64,000 nucleotides of DNA from Candidatus Poriferihabitaceae bacterium. Its GTDB lineage: Bacteria; Pseudomonadota; Gammaproteobacteria; Arenicellales; Poriferihabitantaceae. Under the pieces are notes generated by a model that saw nothing but the letters and a program-made list of their open reading frames with translations, did no database searches and was not told where the DNA came from. The stretch lies in contig CBDBJR010000002.1 of NCBI GenBank assembly GCA_965206445.1, forward strand, positions 1,065,422 to 1,129,421, read 5' to 3'. Positions within the stretch are counted from its first letter, which is position 1; each line of letters starts with the position of its first letter. Shown here piece by piece: positions 62,179 through 64,000 of the stretch. The translations under genes were made by a program, and so were the position numbers.

Positions 62179-63210
62179 ATGGATGGGCACAATGCTACCC
62201 CCCTTTTCCCCCTCGTACGCCCTCTCTTAAAGCACGTCAGGACTAGTATTGTCGCGCTGCTGGCGTCGGTGACGGGCGTTTTTCCGGCTGCCGTCGTAAC
62301 CGCCCACGCCCAGGAAAAAGTGACCATTGCCGAACTGGACTGGAACGGCGGAATCGTGATCGCGCATGTGATCAAGGCGATCATCGAAGGTCCGCTCGGT
62401 TCCGAGGCGCAAATCATTGATGGTTTGTCGGACCAGAGCATCATCCTGGAAGAGATGGACAAAGGCGGCGGCGCCATTGACGTGTATCCCGACCTGTGGC
62501 TGCCCAACCTGCAGAGTCTTTGGGACAAATACGTTGATGGCAACAAGACCATCGCAACCAACCGGCCCTATACCGGCACCGAGCGGATTTTTGTGCCGCG
62601 CTACATGGCGAAAACGGTGAAATCGTTGCAAGACCTCGCCGCTCCCAGGGTCGCCGCGTTGTTTGATACCAACGGCGACGGCAAGGGTGAATACTGGGCC
62701 GGAGACCCCGACTGGAATGCCACCAAAGTAACCCAGATCAAGTTCAAGAATCACGGTCTTAGCGAATTGTGGGAGCCGTCCGTCGTTTCCTTTCCCGCTT
62801 TCAAGACCCAGTTCAAAGCCGCGTATAGTGCGCAGCAGCCAATCCTGTTCTACTACTGGACGCCCGAGTGGATTCACAGCGCCTATGATCTCGTGGCGTT
62901 GCAGGAGCCGGAGCCGTTTGAAGGCTGCGCGGACCTGAAACTGGAACAGGCCGATTGGCTTGCGGCTTCCTCGCTGAAGTGCAAGATCGCCGATTCAAAG
63001 GCTTATGTCGCGTATTCCCGGTCGCTGGAGCAGCGCAACCCGCCGGTTGCCCGACTGCTGTCCAATATCCGCCTGGATTCGGCCATGGTCAGTGACTGGA
63101 TACTAAAAGTCGGCCACGAAAAACAGGACCCGCAGGCCGTCGCCGAGGCTTGGATTAAAGCCAACTATGACACGGTGCGCGCGTGGATTAAAAATGAGCC
63201 TCAACAATGA
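62179..63210 (+). CDS. Glycine betaine/quaternary-amine-type substrate-binding protein (OpuAC/ProX family)
   Basis: ...AHAQEKVTIAELDWNGGIVIAHVIKAIIEGPLGSEAQIIDG...DVYPDLWLPN... is typical of the OpuAC family. The start is uncertain (62179 or 62122). Confidence 0.75.
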   Translation: MDGHNATPLFPLVRPLLKHVRTSIVALLASVTGVFPAAVVTAHAQEKVTIAELDWNGGIVIAHVIKAIIEGPLGSEAQIIDGLSDQSIILEEMDKGGGAIDVYPDLWLPNLQSLWDKYVDGNKTIATNRPYTGTERIFVPRYMAKTVKSLQDLAAPRVAALFDTNGDGKGEYWAGDPDWNATKVTQIKFKNHGLSELWEPSVVSFPAFKTQFKAAYSAQQPILFYYWTPEWIHSAYDLVALQEPEPFEGCADLKLEQADWLAASSLKCKIADSKAYVAYSRSLEQRNPPVARLLSNIRLDSAMVSDWILKVGHEKQDPQAVAEAWIKANYDTVRAWIKNEPQQ

Positions 63211-63221
63211 GGCGCAAGTGC

Positions 63222-64000
63222 ATGAACCCATTCTCTAATCTGCGCGGCGGCGGGCGTATCGTCCTCGGTTTGGCCCTCGGTTTGGTCGTCGTCGCCGGCA
63301 ACCCGGCGCACGCCGCCGACAAAATCGTGCTGCAACTCAACTGGAAGCATCAAGCGGAGTATGCCGGCTACTATGTCGCGCAGGAAAAAGGCTGGTATGC
63401 CGATGAGGGATTGGAGGTGGAAATTCGCCCGGCCATGCCAACCGACGACATGGTCGCGTTGCTCGTTGCCGGCGAAGCCGATGTTATCGTGGAATTTATG
63501 GCGAGCGCTTTATACGAGCGCGAACAAGGTGCCCCCATCGTGAATATCGCGCAGCCATTCAAGCATACGGGCCTGGATTTAATCTGCCGGCGCGATTCCG
63601 GCCTCCGCCTCCTGGACGATTTGCGCGGCAAAAAAATCGGTCACGCGCCCGGCCATGGAGAAACCGTGGAGCTCGGAGCATTGCTGGCAAAGCTGGATAT
63701 TAACGCCAAATCTTCAATCGATGCCACCAGCTGGAATCCGAAAACGGATGTCCGTCTGGTTGAATTTGAAAATGCCCAGTATGGAATAACGAGCGGCATC
63801 GTCGATTGCATCCTGTGGTATTCCTCCAAAGGTCTGGGGGTGTTCGAATCGGCAGGATTGCGCGCCGATCAATTGATCGTGTTTCCGTTCGACGGCCTCG
63901 GTTTGGGAATATTGGGAGGCGGCTTGTGGGTGCTGGAGAAACGGCTGGAAGACGCCGTTTTCGTTGATACAATGGCGCGCTTTGTGCACGTTTCCATGAA
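63222..64000 (+). CDS. NMT1/THI5-like (SsuA/TauA-type) substrate-binding protein, 3' end outside the window
   Basis: Own translation is open to the window edge: MNPFSNLRGGGRIVLGLALGLVVVAGNPAHAADKIVLQLNWKHQAEYAGYYVAQEKGWYADEGLEVEIRP... This is not in the ORF track because there is no stop codon. Confidence 0.7.
   Translation, partial: MNPFSNLRGGGRIVLGLALGLVVVAGNPAHAADKIVLQLNWKHQAEYAGYYVAQEKGWYADEGLEVEIRPAMPTDDMVALLVAGEADVIVEFMASALYEREQGAPIVNIAQPFKHTGLDLICRRDSGLRLLDDLRGKKIGHAPGHGETVELGALLAKLDINAKSSIDATSWNPKTDVRLVEFENAQYGITSGIVDCILWYSSKGLGVFESAGLRADQLIVFPFDGLGLGILGGGLWVLEKRLEDAVFVDTMARFVHVSM

Noticed and set aside
1-64000. Search for tRNA genes, intact rRNA, integrase/att sites, toxin-antitoxin pairs and prophage genes.
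   Set aside because: None was recognised by eye. The only rRNA-like sequence is the decayed 16S fragment at 49363-49524. A proper tRNAscan/cmscan run would be needed to exclude small RNA genes.

Overview
GC-rich (about 60% by eye) proteobacterial chromosomal segment, almost entirely coded on the + strand. All homology calls come from motif and family recognition in the supplied translations; no database search was possible.

Backbone: a string of solute-uptake and catabolic operons.
- PotABCD-like ABC system (1-3486).
- Liv-type (HAAT) ABC system (10.6-15.2 kb).
- TRAP transporter (15.6-18.6 kb).
- Phosphonate super-locus (19.0-27.7 kb): phnX, phnW, a TmpA/TmpB-like (PhnY*/PhnZ-like) oxidative C-P cleavage pair, a PhnSTU-type 2-AEP ABC transporter and a LysR regulator.
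- FAD oxidoreductase + HpcH aldolase, sulfatase, flavin monooxygenase.
- CocE/NonD hydrolase + Dpp-type ABC system (50.3-57.7 kb).
- Polar amino-acid ABC system + IMPase-family phosphatase (58.0-61.8 kb).
- Two further binding-protein genes at the right edge.

Accessory and scar structure laid over this backbone:
1. One intact IS481-like IS (40606-41689) plus five remnants of the same element, all in + orientation and all keeping the right end. Several sit at the left border of an accessory module.
2. An 845-bp, ~99% identical duplication with an exact 9212-bp offset. Its second copy starts at the first base after the IS terminus. The duplication encloses a BCCT transporter, an allA-like gene and a 1433-aa trimeric autotransporter adhesin.
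3. The adhesin carries a 19-G homopolymer just behind its signal peptide (predicted phase-variation switch), ~570-bp passenger modules and 7 x 72-bp stalk repeats.
4. ~176-bp, ~90% identical direct repeats (LysR 3' end + IS terminus) bracket a low-GC 4-kb minus-strand cassette.
5. Low-GC islets: NYN-LOTUS-CSD + HNH, and three orphan ORFs.
6. Several truncated genes.
7. A decayed, internally deleted 16S rRNA fragment fused to an IS remnant.

No tRNA, intact rRNA, CRISPR array or prophage was recognised.
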